64,000 nt of DNA. It comes from Chiloscyllium plagiosum (Eukaryota). The stretch is from the NCBI RefSeq assembly GCF_004010195.1, contig NC_057758.1, forward strand, positions 7,418,630-7,482,629. Reading direction: 5' to 3'. The notes below the pieces were generated by a model. It searched no databases. It was not told where the DNA came from and was given only the letters and a program-made list of their open reading frames with translations. Made by a program: the position numbers and the translations under genes. Positions 51,326 through 63,795 of the stretch are shown piece by piece. Within the stretch, counting starts at the first letter, position 1. Every line of letters begins with the position of its first letter.

Positions 51326-52219
51326 TGAGGAGTTGGCTCTGTCCAATGGAAAACTGAAAATAGCAAAGTATTGGAGAGCACAGCGAGTCAAGGGCTGTAT
51401 CCATGGAGTGCGAGAAAGCTCACGTTTTGAGTGTAGATGTTGATGTGTGGAGGGAGCAGTCTTTATGCAACATTGCTGGGGGGATGCTTGGACTGCTGGG
51501 GCTTAGAAAGGATGTTGATAATTCAGATTAAATGATCAGACTGTGTAAATGCTAGAATAACTGTGTGTCTATCTGCCAAACTGGCAAGAGTAGACCGTCC
51601 TACTGGTGTGGGCACGATGGGAGAATTGGTGATAGAAAAGGTAAAAAGGAAAGCTGAAAGGCAATGAAGGAATGAGTTCACAATTTGAAGGTGCTGAGCT
51701 CAACATTAGTCCAGAATTCTATGAATATGCCTGGTTTGAAGTTGAGATGTTACTCCTCCAGTTTCCGCTGTGACCCACTGGAGTATGGTAGTGTACCGAG
51801 GTGAGACACATGGGCTTGTGAGTAGAATGCTGTGTTAAAACGACTGGCCGACGAGAAGGTCAGGGTTATGCTTGTACACGGACTGGAGGTATTCTGCAAA
51901 AGGAGTGGAAAGTTAATGTTGTGCAGGGCTTGAGCGAGGAAGTGGAGTTTGAGAAAGGGGCGGGTTTCTGGGATGGCGGATTGCGGAAGCCCTGGGCATC
52001 GCCTCTCAGCCTCAAAGAGCTGGGCCATCTGCAGAGGAAGATTCCGTCCTCTGGAGAAGCCAGAGCTAGGCAACAGGAACAGAACGTCAAGTGAACGAGG
52101 CAAGAGATGGGGAACCAGTCCCAGAGCCAGAATATTCGCCAGCTCATTCCACACAACTGCCAGGGATGATCGATAATAATCAAGGGATGGTCAAAGAGGC
52201 CAGTAACATAGGAATACAG

Positions 52220-52505
52220 AGATTAGATTCCCTAAAATGTGGAAACAGGCACTTCGGGGCAACAAGTCCACACCAATCCTCCGAAGAGGAGGAGGAACCC
52301 ACCCAGACCCACTTCCCCTCTGACTAATGCACCTGGCAATTTAATATGACCAATTCACCTTACCTGCACATCTTTGTGACTGTGGGAGGAAACCTGCATA
52401 GACACGGGGAGAATGTGCAAACTCCATATAGAGTGTCAACCCAGGCTGGAATCAAACCTGGGACCCTGGTGCTGTGAAGCAGCATTACTCACCACTAAGC
52501 CACCC
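52220..52505 (-). mobile_element. V-domain SINE (HE1-like)
   Basis: Reverse complement of the SINE head and V-domain; closely similar to 37185-37460. Confidence 0.85.
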
Positions 52506-52571
52506 TAAGCAACGATCAGCCCAGACACGGGACTGTAATTATTACATCCTTGCCAACACCAGCACGACACT

Positions 52572-52646
52572 TGGCCATTGCGTGGGATTGAACTCACGAC
52601 CTTGGTGTTATTAACACCACTCTCTAACCATCTGAGCTGATCGACC
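52572..52646 (-). pseudogene. tRNA-Ile(AAT)-like pseudogene or isolated SINE head
   Basis: Minus strand GGTCGATCAGCTCAGATGGTTAGAGAGTGGTGTTAATAACACCAAGGTCGTGAGTTCAATCCCACGCAATGGCCA; anticodon stem TGGTG/CACCA encloses TTAATAA. Confidence 0.75.
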
Positions 52647-54069
52647 AATGCAATCCAACAATCACCGACCAAAGTTTAGGAGATTACACAGACAAAGCGG
52701 TGTAAGGTCTGGAGGAGTTTGCAGACACGGGACACAGATTGAAGGCAATTCTTAAGAGACTCAGTGGAGGCCAGCGGCGGATTGAAATTGACCCTTGCCT
52801 CCATCCCCAAACATCCACTGAGCAGGAAAAGTCCAGGCTTCATTTCAGGCCTGATATTGTGTGTGGGATCTTGTGAGTAAATAATGCTAGATGCAGTCGA
52901 ACAACTGTTGCTACCATGTGACAGCACGCCGAATGAGTAAGGGGGTAAACTAACCAAATATTCACCAGTTAAATTTTCACATGCTGGTCCTTCATCATAT
53001 GCATTGGTACTCATTGTCACTGCCCTTTAACATATTTGATGTAGATTTCTGGTTGTTAATATTTATTGGACTGACAATGAAGCCTTTAACTTGTTAATAT
53101 TGAGAGTGATATTTATTGATTGGCATTAGCAACATTCCTGAGGAGTTACGTAGTCCCCAGGCCATGTGGTTGGAAATGGTTGGGGAGGGGTTGGTGGTGG
53201 GTGTAATGGACAGCCATTTTGTTCATAATTTGTACTGCACACTTTCACTCCCTCTCCACCATACACAACTGCACCACCCCAACCCAAATATAATGCCCAA
53301 CCCACCCTACACGTTCACATTCGTGTGTGTGTGTATGTGTGTCTGTGTCTGATCCATTCCCACCCTCTGTCCCCGGCCTCTCTAGGCCTGAGGCATGGCC
53401 GATACATAAAATCTTTCCTCAAAGACAGCATCCACCAGACCATGAGCACTGCGAGCTGGGATGGGGGTGCAGCTCCAGCAAAACTGGAGAAGTTCGAGGG
53501 CAAAGCAGTCTCCCTCTGGATATTTGGTCACTGTGTGTTAGGTACACGGTCCTTCCCCACAGCGCCCAACCACGGGACTGGATATCTTGGTGCAGTTCTG
53601 CCTCGCGTTTGGGATTGCTTGCCTGGAGAAATGGCGCATATTTCTGAATCGTGTGGAACGAGACGTCACTATATCTTCTCTGACTCAGTGACCTGGGGAT
53701 AGAGAGTCCAAGTCAGTCACTGGCCACACACCAACTCCCTCTCCAGCAATTTCTGCCGATTGTGGCTGGTTCCCAGTAGCTGGTTACAGACTGTCCATTG
53801 TCCTGGAACTGGGGGCTGGCATTGGGGCTTTGGTGGATTCTCCATGCATTGAATGCCCAGGTTTACTCAATCATTGCTTCATCACTGGCCTGAGATTATT
53901 GCTGAGTCTGAAAGCAGCACCCCGCTGAAATGGTTGCTGCTCACCTCCTCCTCCTCAGAGATTACTCAACTACGACGTCCAACACAAACCTCAGGGCCAG
54001 CATTTGCAATGGTGGAGCTGTATCGAAATCTCATTATGTTCCATCTCTGTCGACCAAACCATAACCCTG

Positions 54070-57020
54070 GCCAACAATGCAGCACTCCCACAGCATTGAC
54101 CCTCCAATAGTGTGGCACTCCCTCAGCACTGAGAGTCCAACAGTGCGGCGCTCCCACAGTACTGACCCTCCAACAGTGCGGCACTCCCTCACCACTGACC
54201 CTCCAACAGTGCGCCGCTCCCTCAGCACTGATAAAACAACAGTGCGGTGCCCCCGCAGCACTGACCCTCTGAGAGTGCGCCATTCCATCAGCAATTAGAC
54301 ACCCAACAGTGCGGCACTCCCTTAGCTCTGATCCTCCGACAGTGACCAATCCATCAGCAATGACCCTCTGACAATGCGCCGCTCCCTCAGCACTGACCCT
54401 CCGACAGTGCAGTACTCCCTCAGCACTGACATTCAAAAGTGCGGCACTGCCTCAGCAGTCTCACTCCAACAGTGCAGCACTCCCTCAGCACTGACCCTCC
54501 AACAATGCAGCACTCCCTCAGCACTGACTCTCTGAGAGTGCGATATTCCCACAGCGCTGCCCCCTCCAACAATGACCCCTTCCAACAGGACTGACCCTCA
54601 GACAGTGCCCAATCCAACAGCTCTGAACTTCAGCAAGTCTGGAACTCTTTCAGTACTGACCGTCTGATCGTGCTCAGTCCCTCAGCATTGACCCACTGAT
54701 CGTGCCCACTCCCTCAGCACTGACCCTCCGACAGGTCCCACTCCTTCAGTTTCTGACGCTCCAATAGTGCCACGTCCCTCAGCACTGGCCCTTTGACACT
54801 GCAGCGCTCAGTCCGACAGTGTTATATTCCCTCAGCACTGACCCACTGACAGTGCAGCACTCGCTCAGCACTATCGCTCTGACATGCGGCATTCCCTCAG
54901 CACTGACGCTGTGACAGTGCAGCACTGCCTCAGCACTATCCCCCGATAGTGTGGCACTCCCGCAGCACTGACAATCAAACAGTGCATCACTCCCTCAGCA
55001 CTGACCCTCCAACAGTGCGGCACACCCTCATCACTGATACCATGACAGTGCGGCACCCCTTCAGCACTGACCCTCCAATAGTGCGGCACTCCGGCAGCAC
55101 TGACCCTTCGACACTGCCCGCTCCCTCAGCACTGACCCTCCAACAGTGTGGCACTCCAGCAGCACCGACCCTCCGACACTGCGGCACACCCTCAGCAATG
55201 ATCCTCCAACAGTGCTGCACTTCCTCAGTACTCACCCTCCAACTGTGCCCACACCCTCAGCACTATCTCTCTGACATGCGGCAATCCATCAGCACTGACA
55301 CTCTGACAGTAAGTCACTCCCTCAGCACTGAAACTGACCGTGCGGCACTCCCTCTGAACTGACACTCCAACAGTGCCCACCCCCTCAGCACTGACCCTTC
55401 GACATTGCAGCGCTCCCATACCACTACCCCTCTGACATGCGGCACTCCGTCAGCACTGATGATAGGACAGAATGACACTCGCACATCACTGACCCTCTCA
55501 TAATGTGGCACTCCCTCAGCACTGACCCTCCGGCAGTTCAGCACTCCCACAGCACTGTCACTCTATCAGTGCAGCACCTCCTCAGTACTGACCCTCCAAC
55601 AATGCGGCACTCCCTCAGTACTGTCCTTCCAACTGTGCCCACTCCGTCAGCAGTGTCACTTCAACAGTGCAGCTCTCCCTCATCATTGATCCTCTGACGG
55701 TGCAGCATTCCCTCAGTACTGACTCTCTGATAGTGCGGTGTTCCCTTAGCACTGACACTCTGACAGTGTGGCACTCTCTCAGCACTGACCCTCCAACAGT
55801 ACAGCATTCCCTCAGCACAGACGGTCGACACTGCGACACACCCTCAACACTGACAGTCTGGAAGGGCAGCACTCTCTCAGCACTGACCCTCTGACAGAGC
55901 GGTGCTCCCTTAGCACCTACACTCCGACGGTCTGGCACTCCCTCAGCACTGACACTACAATAGTGCAACATTCCCACAGCACTGCCCCCTCCCACAATGA
56001 CCCATTCCAACATGACTGACCCTCCCACAGTGCCCATTCCAACAGCACTGAACTTCAGCAAGTCTGGAGCTCCTTCAGCACTGAGCCTCTGATAGGGCTC
56101 ACTCCCTCAGCACTCACCCTCCGACAGTTCCCACTCCTTCAGCCCTGAGCCTCGAATAGTGCTACCTCCCCCAGCACTGACCCTTTGACAGTGCGGTGCT
56201 CCCTTAGTGCCTACGGTCCGAAGGTCTGGCACTCGCTCAGCACTGACACTCAAACAGTGCAGCACTCCCTCAGCACTGACCCTCCAACAGTGTGGCACTC
56301 CCTCAGCACTGACCATCTGACTGTGCAGCACTCCCTCAGCACTGACCCTTTGACACTGCTGCGCGACCTCAGCACTGACACTCCGACAGTGTGGTTTCCC
56401 TCAGCACTGACACTCTGACAGTTCAGCACTCCCTCAGCACTATCATCCTGACATGCGGAACTCCCTCTGCAGTGACCCTCTGACAGTGTGGCACTCTCTC
56501 AGCACTTTCCCCCTGACAGTGCGGCACTCCCTCAGCACTGACACTCAAACAATGCATCACTCCCTCAGCACTGACCCTCCAAGAGTGCTGCACTCCCTCA
56601 GTACTGACTCTCCAACTGTGCCCACTCCCTCAGCACTATCCGTCTGACATGCGGCACTCCATTGGCAATGACAGTCTGACAGTAAGTCACTTCCTCAGCA
56701 CTGACACTGACTGTGCCTACCCCCTCAGCACTGACCCTCCAGCATTGCGAAGCTCATCAGCACTATCCATATGACATGCTGCACTCCCTAAGCACTGATC
56801 CTAGGACAGCATGACACTCCCACATCACTGACCCTCTCATAATGTGGTATTCCCTCAGCACTCTCCCTCCAACAGTGTGACCTTGCCTCAGCACTTACTC
56901 TCCGACAGTGGCCACTCTCTCTGTGCTAACTCTCCCACAGTATGGTACTCCGTCAGCACTGCTCGTCCAACAGTGCAGCGCTCCCTAAGCACTGACCCTC
57001 TGATAGAACGCTCTGACAGA
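54070..57020. repeat. 33-bp minisatellite array (~2.95 kb) with higher-order duplication
   Basis: Unit CAGTGCGGCACTCCCTCAGCACTGACCCTCCGA; it translates as an 11-aa TVRHSLSTDPP repeat. Confidence 0.95.
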
Positions 57021-59152
57021 GTGGCGTTCTCTCAATTACTGTGTCACATCCCTGTAAATATTCTAGTAACGTTGGAGCAGGAGGTGTCGGTTCTGTTGAG
57101 GTGTGTGTGTTTGTAGGGGAAGAGATCGGATCCTGTCCATGGATATGCAGAAAATCCACTTCTCTCCCATTCTCTATGATCTGAGCGGAGAAACTATTTG
57201 CTCCCTGATCCCGAACGCACGTGAATGCTCGAGCACCTAGAGAATATCATTTTAGAAAAGCTCTCTGTGTGTCGACATGGTGCGAGTCATTGTGTGTTGA
57301 TCTTATTTGTGTATTACCGAGTGTTAAGTAACACGGACAGACGGAGCTTCATAACTGAACATTACTATCTCACGGAGGCTTGAGTGCAGAGTGGATCACA
57401 CTTTCATGTGCAAAACCGGTGATTCTTACTCACAGACAGCAAGATTAAGAGACAGGATGAATCCCACTTTCAATATATAACTAGACACTAAGTTCCACAG
57501 TTCCAGACATTCGTGAATCTGACAGTCAGAGTTGAGGAGAAACTGAGAGGTTCTTGGTCACATGCAGTACTCGGCACTGGATAATACAGAAGGAATTCAA
57601 TATTCTCTTACATCGTCGGAGATTGAGACAATGTATCAAACTCAGTATGTTTGCACAAACGTCAATCAACAATCATTGAAATACTGTCTGAATCACTGTT
57701 TATTTTGTATAAAATCGGTCAGTCAAGAAGGAAACCACCATCAAACGATATTAAAACAGGAACTTCATTGAACAACATGTGCCTTGAACTCGCCTCCACC
57801 TTTATCCTTCCCGAAATGACCTGTCTAAGATAATCACAATGCATTTTCATGCAACATTTTCTAATCTGTAAATGTCATCATTCAATATTGTGAGGGCAAT
57901 TATTGGCCAGAATTAAGGGCTGTAACACAGTTGGTCAAATTTATATTTAATCTCAGTAACATAGAAACAGGACAATGTATAATTTGAGCATGGTTTCTGG
58001 CTTATTTTTGCCATTTATTGATGAGAATTGCTTCGAGAAACAACAGACGATTCGAGAAACAATACAAGACTCGTTCCATGATTGGTAATTTTATGTGTAG
58101 CTTGTAATGATGATGAAACAAGGTTTCTGTCAGATTTCTGCCAGAACAGGCTTAACGTTATCTGAAATAACCCAATGACAAATAGCAATGAAAGCTGATG
58201 GCTAGACCGCAGGTTTCACAGATACTAAAACTTGTACACGGCTCTGGTGTGCTATAAAAGAAGAATACCAAAGAATGAGAAAATGTCGACATAATGGAGT
58301 GTCGAAGCAGATTCTGTGTTATATTCGTGGAAAAGGTATCCTCAGGGAAACAGTTGCATCTGGCAATTGTGCTGTTTGAAGATGCATCCTCAGATCATCA
58401 GCATGGGATCTCTGAGTTCAATGACATTTCCACAAGGACACTTGTTGCTACTTTCATTCAGAAACAAATATATTCATATTATCTTCACTGTCTTTTTAGA
58501 TTCCAGTTCTGTACACCTATCTCTCCCAGTCTGGTTAGTGCTTAGACCCTGCACAGACCCTGCACGCCCTCGGACAAGACCCAATGCACAAATATCGAAA
58601 GAACTCCAGGACCATTATCGCGTTTTGACCATTTTTCCAGCAATTTGTGCAATTGCTGAAACGTCCTCTGTCTGCAACTCACCAGCATGTGATACTTTGG
58701 GGTGATTTCATGTGGGAGAATTGGAATCCTGCACTGAACCCTCCGCTCAGGACACTTTACCATTTGGAAGAAATGCTAAGTGAACCACTTCCTCCCGCAT
58801 TGTGCACAATTCTCACTGTCAACCAATTCCCAGATATCATTATTCAACCCTATGTATGTAAGCTTGTAATGAATCACTCTATGGATTAACTTCCCCCATA
58901 CACCCACCCTCTCAGTATTCAAAAGACGTAAAGCCAATACTGACGGCCGTGTTCAAGTGAAGGATATCCAGTGATATTTGGATAACTGCTTTATCAGGAT
59001 CTGAATGTATAACTACACGACTTAAACTTATGCGTCCCTGGGCAGAACCTGGCTCTGACACAAAAAAGTGTAACTTGATAAAAAAAGTTTCACCTGTTAA
59101 ATTCCTGCTCCATCGGTTGAGAATCTCACGTATTGATCAAGCTGGACCAATC

Positions 59153-59228
59153 CGAGCAAATCTGCGAGTATTTCATTATGTTTCAGACGTCTGTCTGAAA
59201 CATAATGAAATACTCGCAGATTTGCTCG
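59153..59228. repeat. Perfect inverted repeat, 36-bp arms, 4-nt spacer
   Basis: CGAGCAAATCTGCGAGTATTTCATTATGTTTCAGAC-GTCT-GTCTGAAACATAATGAAATACTCGCAGATTTGCTCG. Confidence 0.97.
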
Positions 59229-59318
59229 TCTGCGTTCAAGATGGTGGATGCGCATTTTGGAGAGTGGCGATGAGTTCCTCACCATGGAAACCATTGCATC
59301 TAGTCTCCTGTATCAATG

Positions 59319-59446
59319 ATTCCTGAACAAGGGCTCATGTCTGAAACGTCGATTCTCCTGCTCCTTGGATGTTGCCAGACCTGTTGCGCTTTTTCAGCAA
59401 CACTTTTTCAGCTCTGTTCTCCAGCATCTGCAGTCCTCACTTTCTC
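59319..59446 (+). mobile_element. Solo PLE-tail element with 12-bp TSD
   Basis: Starts ATTC-CTGAACA-AGGGC-TCAT-GTCT-GAAAC-GTC; flanked by CCTGTATCAATG at 59307-59318 and 59447-59458. Confidence 0.85.
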
Positions 59447-59931
59447 CCTGTATCAATGGCAATAAGATGATGAATAAAGTTCAACGGCCAGTTGATCTTT
59501 TCTTTGTTGAATCATTTAGCCTTGCTGACAGAAAACTATGTTGTTGATTGCCATGTGAGTAATAGTATCCTGCAGCACACAAGCTTAACCCATCGTTTTT
59601 CTTCCTCGTACGCACATTACAAACAAGATTGCAGGACGGGTGTTATCTCGAGGCCTTGTCCTCTTTGCTCTAGGATGTTCGAATTTTCCTGCTCTTTTGC
59701 CATTAGCCAGACAAGTTCATATAGGATGTGCCTTGCTGCTGTTGTGGATTTGGGTTATGCCTGCTCATTTCTTTCAGGCCTGCCAAAAGTTTCTGTTTGA
59801 CCTGGTGCCACTTTTCTTTATAAGTTCCTCTGTTACGCCATGTGGATTGGTCACGACACCTTAATATGTCTTGCTTCTCGGTTTTCTTTCCAATCGATGT
59901 TCTGCCAGCCACTCTTTCAATTCGCATCTCA

Positions 59932-60837
59932 TCATTTCAACAGCTCTGAGTTGTTTCTTTTTGAAGTTATTTTCATAATTAATGTAACCGGATATTTCAT
60001 CATGCTCTTCAACTGTTCTCTGAACTTGGAATTTGTCACAATATAAATTAATGTGTTTGTGCTGCAAGTTAAGTTTCGCAACATATATCCAACGTTTTTA
60101 AATGTATATTCAGAATTGTCATCGAGGAGTTCATTAACAAGAAAAATGAACAAAATATACGGAAACCACAAAGTATAAAACTGCTCGATATTGTGAGGAG
60201 AAAAATCACAGAATTCCGTCTGCTCTCCATCTCTGGATCATTCTGTCCCTTGCTATGACCCTTCACTCCCTTACGGACTCGACTAGCCTCTAATATTTGC
60301 CTAACTATCAGAGCATTGAGCAACAGAATTAAACCAAATGGTAACAATGGCGTTAAAATCTTATCAACCATTCTAAATCCAATCCATCTCGGATCAGTGA
60401 AATAGCTTCGTTTATTAGAACAATACAGAGGAACATTGTTTATTCGTTTCGTTTTGGCTTAAATCGAAAGTAAATGGGGATGTTTTTTAAACTAAAAAAT
60501 AAACTGACTGTTGCAAGAACTACTTTTGCAGTTTTCCTGGTGCAATATTTAGATTTAAGCCTCTCGCAACAAATTGCAATAAATCGATCAAAATTAAAGG
60601 CGACAGTGAAACAGACTGAACAGTCCATTGCTAATCGAGCCAGGAGGTAGTTAACTTTACACACAGCAGTAAGTTTCAGGAGAGGAAACGGGAAATAGTA
60701 CCAATTGATTCGTAAATGCATGTCCTCAGTGCCAATCGTCAGTAGATCCGCCATTGCCATGGCCACCATGTAACGAGTGGTGCAGTAAAAGATCCCACAC
60801 TTGCCCTGGGATAGGATGACACTTGCCACGAGATTTG
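59932..60837 (-). pseudogene. GPR139-like class A GPCR, exon 2 (TM1 end to C-terminus), two frameshifts
   Basis: Acceptor CTTTCTGTTACAG, then (A)NLVASVILSQGKCG..RYMVAMAMADLL..DCSVCFTVAFNFDRFIAICC..TPLLPFGLILLLNALIVR..DPEMESRRNS..CSTNTLIYIVTNSKFREQL; frameshifts near 60450 and 60175. Confidence 0.88.
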
Positions 60838-61235
60838 CTGTAACAGAAAGTCGGCAGAAAGGTGCTCAATTTTGTTTATATTCGTGTGGCGATAGTAAGC
60901 ACCGAGACTTGTTTGGAAACATGACCATCCGCCTTTTTCACTGTTTAAACCATAACTAAGCCAAGGCACTTAATTGCGGCTGCATTTACTTTTTTTCATA
61001 ACGTAGAACTGGTGATTTGAACGAATTTACTGATATGAAGGTCTGAATATTCTTATGTCCAAAGAATGATTGAAAAAGTACGGAGGCTGCTTGGCACATG
61101 AAGGCTGAGCTGACCCTCGGAAGAATATACCAACCGGAGCACGCATCCCCATAAACTGACGAGAATTTTCTATGCCAATCTGGTAATCTCGCAATTCCCA
61201 TGACAAATCCACCGAGCATGCACGTCCCTGAACAC

Positions 61236-61865
61236 TCAGGCTCAGTAGTTAGCACTGCTGTCTCAAAGCGCCAGGTCAGGTCACACGAGACAGTCTTGAG
61301 CGCAGACAATGATCCAATTATCTGAGCAGTTCCTACCTTGCAGAACGTTTTTCATTTCCAATTTCCTCATTCAAGTCTGTTCTCTGTGTTTAGCACAGCA
61401 CCAGAGACCCGGGTTTGATTCCAACCTCGGGCGATTGTCTGTGTGGACTTTGCACATTCTCCCCTTGTCTGTATGGGTTTCCTCTGGGTGTTCCGGTTTC
61501 CTCCTCCAGTCCAAAGAAGTGCAGGTTTGGATGAATTGGCCATGATCACTTGCCGATAGTGATCACGTATGTGCGCCTTAGGTGCATTAGTCAGGGCGAA
61601 ATATAGAATAATAGGAGAGGGTATGGGTCTGATGGGTGAAGCTTTGAGGGTCAGTTTTGACTTGTTGAGCCAAAGGGCCTCTTTCCACACTGTCAGGAAT
61701 CTAAGGTGCTCGTTGTTATGGTCAATCCTACTAACATGCACATCTCTGGACCATGGGAGGAGATTGAAGACCCGGCGGAAACCCATGCAGATCTTTGTAA
61801 ACTGCACACAGACAGTGACCCCAAGGCTGGAATCGCACCTGGGTCCCTACCGCTGTGCTAACCCC
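61236..61865 (+). mobile_element. V-domain SINE (head split by a ~120-bp insert) followed by a partial opposite-strand SINE; intronic
   Basis: GGCTCAGTAGTTAGCACTGCTG at 61239, body resumes at ~61394, and a reversed V-domain piece lies at ~61715-61865. Confidence 0.75.
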
Positions 61866-63264
61866 TAAGTACACAGTTTAATGAGGAAGCTGGAAAAGAG
61901 AAATGGTGTGCCAAGTAAGAACTGTTCCGATGATTGGATCATCGTCGTGCATTCAAGATTTTCTGGTGTGACCTGGGTCCATCCACCTTGGACCAGTCCC
62001 TATTGTTCTGGAAACAGATACATAATGATTTCAGTTGGAAAAAAAATGAGTTCAATGGGACAGTATACTTGTAATCGAAACATATTTCACAAAGTCTCAC
62101 ACTATGAGCGTGGACCTATTCATTCATCGAGTACCCCCATAGTGGAGCATGAGACAGATTTCTGATGGATGTAAGTTTGCTCACTGAGCTGGAAGATTTG
62201 TGATCTTCAAAGCAGCAGAAAACCAATTATGATGCATTGATGGGTTTGCTTCTCTTGGACAAGCACAATTCCATTACAGGAAGGTAATATGAATTGGGGA
62301 ATATTGAACAGCCGTCACCATTATTCTGTACTTTGGAAATTTTGTGCAGTGTTCAAGTAGAGACCTTTAAGCTATATTCTAATTTGAACACGGAAGGTGG
62401 AGATCTTGTGGAAGTGCCACATTCTGAACTTTATGCCGCAATCATCACTAAATTCACAAAAATAAATGATCCAACAGAGGAAATCGATTGATTTACTTCT
62501 GAACGATGAGAGTTCCCTTTGATATTGCGGGAAGAATAAAAGATTGGAGAAGAGCGATGGAGATGGCCGTGGAACCATATGGAAGCATCGAATCAAGTGA
62601 TGTGAAATTGATTAATGCTCAGAAAATGTCAATATCTAGTTTATATCCTGTTATGTTCCCACGACGTATTAAAAATATTAATCATCTGTGTTAATCTCTG
62701 CGTCTTGGTATCAATTCTTTACGAACGCAGGACACGTGACATCCGATTCTATTTAAAGTTGTGCACCGGAACGAAGATTAATCAAGATGAGAAAGTGCTG
62801 TTAATAAATCACTGCATCTAATTAGATTAAAAGTAAATGACGTGTGAAACTGAATGCACTCATCCACACATGCGCAAAGCTAACCTATAATTTCTCTTCG
62901 TATAAAAAGCCGACTGATATGATGTGTTTTTGTCCATTTTTCATCGCACACAGGACAATCTAACATTGATAACCTCCAACAAGACCTATTATCAGGGAGT
63001 TTACCCTTTCCTGTCTCAAGCTCTCTCTCTCTCTCTCACACACACACATTCGCAGACACTGATCCCTGCGAGTGAGAATCAAATAAACAAGACAGGCATT
63101 TTCAGCAAAAAAAGTAGCATTGATAAAAATGAAATTTTGGTACCAGTAACAACATCATGTTGTCGGTAATAGAATGACCAACAAATACTATATGAAGTAA
63201 CTGTGCATATCAAAAGCCAATGCATATAGACAATTAAACAATTTCTAAACTTATAAACACTTAC

Positions 63265-63331
63265 CAGGAATACTAATAATAGTAAGGATCGGATAAAGTA
63301 TTTGACTGACAACTCGTACAGTACTATGCAT
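63265..63331 (-). pseudogene. GPR139-like GPCR exon 1 (start codon and TM1 N-half)
   Basis: ATG at 63331 gives MHSTVRVVSQILYPILTIISIP plus one G, then donor GTAAGT; the phase-1 join to exon 2 restores GCA-AAT-CTC-GTG in frame. Confidence 0.82.
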
Positions 63332-63592
63332 TTTCTCTGCGAAATTTCTGTGTTGTTTTGTACTGCAGACTGTTTTCCAAGTCCAACTCTGAAATGTTCC
63401 ATACCAGAGCATTCATTTTATACTTTCAGCGGCATCCATTGGGACACGGAAGTGTTTTGTTTTTCTCATTTGGTAAATTTTGAGTAAACAGATTACAACA
63501 TGCGTGACATCCCCTGTTGATGAAAAACACAGGGTGTTGAGATTTAATTAGAGCCTGAAACACTCCAAATGGCCAAGTCTGATCAGTTTAAA

Positions 63593-63795
63593 GTCGATAG
63601 TGTGGTGCTGGAAAAGCACAACAGGTCAGACAGCATCCCAGGAGCAGGAAAATCGACAGTTCGGGCAAAAGCCCTTCATCAGATTCCTGCTCAAAACGTC
63701 GATCTTCCTCTTCCTCTGTGCTGCCTGAACCGCTTTGTTTTTCCAACACCACATTCGTGACCCGACTCACCAGCATCTGCAGACTTCACTTTCTC
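63593..63795. mobile_element. Fold-back PLE-tail element with 14-bp TSD
   Basis: Inverted arms around the minus-strand motif CTGATGA-AGGGC-TTTT-GCCC-GAAC; flanked by CTGATCAGTTTAAA at 63579-63592 and 63796-63809. Confidence 0.88.

Noticed and set aside
53325..53702. 125-aa ORF after a (GT)n tract with an acceptor-like CTCTCTAG
   Set aside because: No recognisable homology and no clear donor site.
54034..57116. Repeat ORFs (TVRHSLSTDPP)n and a possible CRISPR-like array
   Set aside because: The 33-bp unit is a multiple of three, which explains the ORFs. Units are contiguous with no unique spacers, there are no cas genes, and the DNA is eukaryotic.
57850..58520. Possible very old GPCR remnant (TTCATTGCTATTTGTC resembling FIAIC)
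   Set aside because: It is a single short motif with no collinear support visible by eye; a profile search would be needed.
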